Shown here piece by piece: positions 62,295 through 64,000 of a stretch of DNA of 64,000 bases. The notes beneath the pieces were generated by a model. It saw only the letters and a program-made list of their open reading frames with translations, ran no database searches and was not told the origin of the DNA. A program made the position numbers and the translations under genes. Origin of the DNA: Chiloscyllium plagiosum (taxonomy: Eukaryota); assembly GCF_004010195.1 (NCBI RefSeq), contig NC_057754.1, positions 4,403,681-4,467,680 on the forward strand, given 5' to 3'. Positions within the stretch are counted from its first letter, which is position 1, and every line of letters begins with the position of its first letter.

Positions 62295-62725
62295 GAGTTC
62301 TGGAGCACAAGAAAAGACCCTTGGGCCCATCAAGTCTGTGCTGACCAAGAAGAAGCATGTAACTATTCAAATCACATTTTCCAGCACTTGGCCCATAGCC
62401 TTGTATGCCTTGGGATCGCAAGTGCACATCTAAATACTTCTAAAATATTATGAGGGTCTCTGCCTCTACCATCCTCACAGGCTGTGTGTTCCAGATTCCC
62501 ACCACCCTCTGGGTGAAAATTATCTTCCTCACATTCCCTCTAAACCTCCTTTCCCTTACATTAAATCTGTGCCCCTTTGTCATTGATCCATCCACCATGA
62601 GGAAAAATTTCTTCCTGTCTATCCAGTCAGTGCCCTTCAATATTTTATACATCTCAATCACAGCCTTCCTTGTCCTCTCTGCTCCAAGGAAAACAGCCTA
62701 GTCTATCCAGGCGTCTTCAAAGTTG
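62295..62725 (-). mobile_element. CR1 LINE 3' fragment
   Basis: IEMYKILKG...IFTQRVVGIWN. Confidence 0.85.
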
Positions 62726-62954
62726 AATAAACTATCCTCCTGATGCCTCGTATTAAAGCAACTAACACTGCAGGAAATTAATTGCACCAGAAGTAACTGT
62801 GAAGGGATTTTGTCCAAATGATGCACTGAATGTTCGCATGATTAAATCAAGTATTGTTAATTTTGCTCAATAACTCATGAGGCCAGCTCAACCCATCAGT
62901 TCCTTCCACAATCTAATCAATATTGTGTTCTCATCCGATAATTCAATCTTCACC

Positions 62955-63228
62955 CTAAGTCTCTAATGTCCTTTCGCAGTCACTGCCAGTATCCATATCA
63001 TCATCCAGCACCACTACATAGAAGTTTCTTGTGTCATCATCCCCGACCTCAGCCCCGCTCGTTGTTTGGGCTGCTGCTCTATGTGCCCCAGTGTTCGTGT
63101 AGTAGACCTCACCCTGGTCCTCGAGGATGGGCAAGGTGGACAGAAGTTCCTGGAGAAGTGATCTGAGCTCAGCAAAGGTTGGTCGCTGTCCTGGATTCAG
63201 GAACCAGCAGCTGAGCATGAGGTGGTAC
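62955..63228 (-). CDS. Last coding exon of a TAM-family (TYRO3/AXL/MERTK-like) receptor tyrosine kinase; the rest of the gene lies beyond the window
   Basis: Acceptor TTCTCTTCCCAG, phase 2. Translation YHLMLSCWFLNPGQRPTFAELRSLLQELLSTLP...EVYYTNT is kinase subdomain XI plus a TAM-type YxN tail motif. Confidence 0.8.
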
Positions 63229-63231
63229 CTG

Positions 63232-63780
63232 GGAAGAGAAGACTGTTATCAGCAAAGAGGCCGCTCGATGTCACCAAAACTTTGATGTCAATAGTGTCTA
63301 TCAGACTTCCATCATGAAAACCAGCCTCCCATCAGTTGGCTTCATCTATACGTCCTGCTGTCTTGGTAAAGCAACTAACATAATCAAAGACCCCTCCCAA
63401 CCCCGCTTATACTCTCTTCCACCCTTTTCAGCTGGGCAGAAGATGTAAATGTTTGTTTACATTCACAAAGAGAAGAAGATGGGAAATTAGGGATGGGCAA
63501 TAATTGCTGGCCGGTGCAGCGATGCCCTCATCCGGTGAATCAATAATAAAAAAAAGAACAGATTCAAGAACACCTTCTTCCCTGCTGTTGTCAGATTTTT
63601 GAATGGACCCCTTTAATGTCAATATTGATCTCTCTGCATTTTCTGGGCAACTGTAACACTATCCTGCACTCCATTCTGTTATGCTGATGCACTTGTAATA
63701 CTATGATCTGCCTATAAAGCACATGTGCAACACTTTTCACTGTACCTCAGCACACGTGACAATAATAAATCAAATCAAAT
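63232..63780 (+). mobile_element. Rex1-like LINE 3' end with an inserted SINE tail
   Basis: AACATAATCAAAGACCCCTCCCA...CTTTTCACTGTACCTC..ACACGTGACAATAATAAATCAAATC matches 10750-11050. Confidence 0.7.
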
Positions 63781-64000
63781 TGGCAGCTAGTGACTTTTAT
63801 TTATTTACGGTGTTGTTGGGAAGCACTTCTTCAGTCAAAGGGGCATGTAAACCTGAAATGTTTTCCCCTTCTCTTTTAATGGGATGTGGCCAACAATTGT
63901 TACCCATCCATTTTTTTAAATTGCAAAAACATACACGTATTTATGAAATAACTATCTGTCAGCACATACAAAGAGCCCTAAAACTGTTCCGTACAGTCTG

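Overview
Eukaryotic, repeat-rich genomic DNA from a vertebrate. The repeat content (V-SINE/HE1-like and DeuSINE-like SINEs, CR1, Rex1, L2, Tx1 and Penelope-like elements) points to a cartilaginous fish such as a shark; this is an inference. One complete gene lies on the minus strand, FRMD8 (iTAP). It has a CpG-rich promoter and non-coding exon 1 at about 46.9-47.15 kb, and ten coding exons from 36136 down to 15833 with GT-AG boundaries and consistent phases (1380 nt, 459 aa). Upstream of it, also on the minus strand, is the last coding exon of a TAM-family (TYRO3/AXL/MERTK-like) receptor tyrosine kinase (62955-63228). The most striking unexplained structure is a set of at least four families of short Penelope-derived elements carrying minimal hammerhead-ribozyme cores (CUGANGA-stem-GAAA-palindrome-NUH). 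Many are inserted as fold-back units with 12-16 bp target-site duplications. One is a 166-bp palindrome inserted into the ribozyme core of a larger fold-back element in FRMD8 intron 3. No MALAT1/NEAT1 triple helix was seen downstream of FRMD8 within the window. All coordinates were read by eye; repeat boundaries are approximate.
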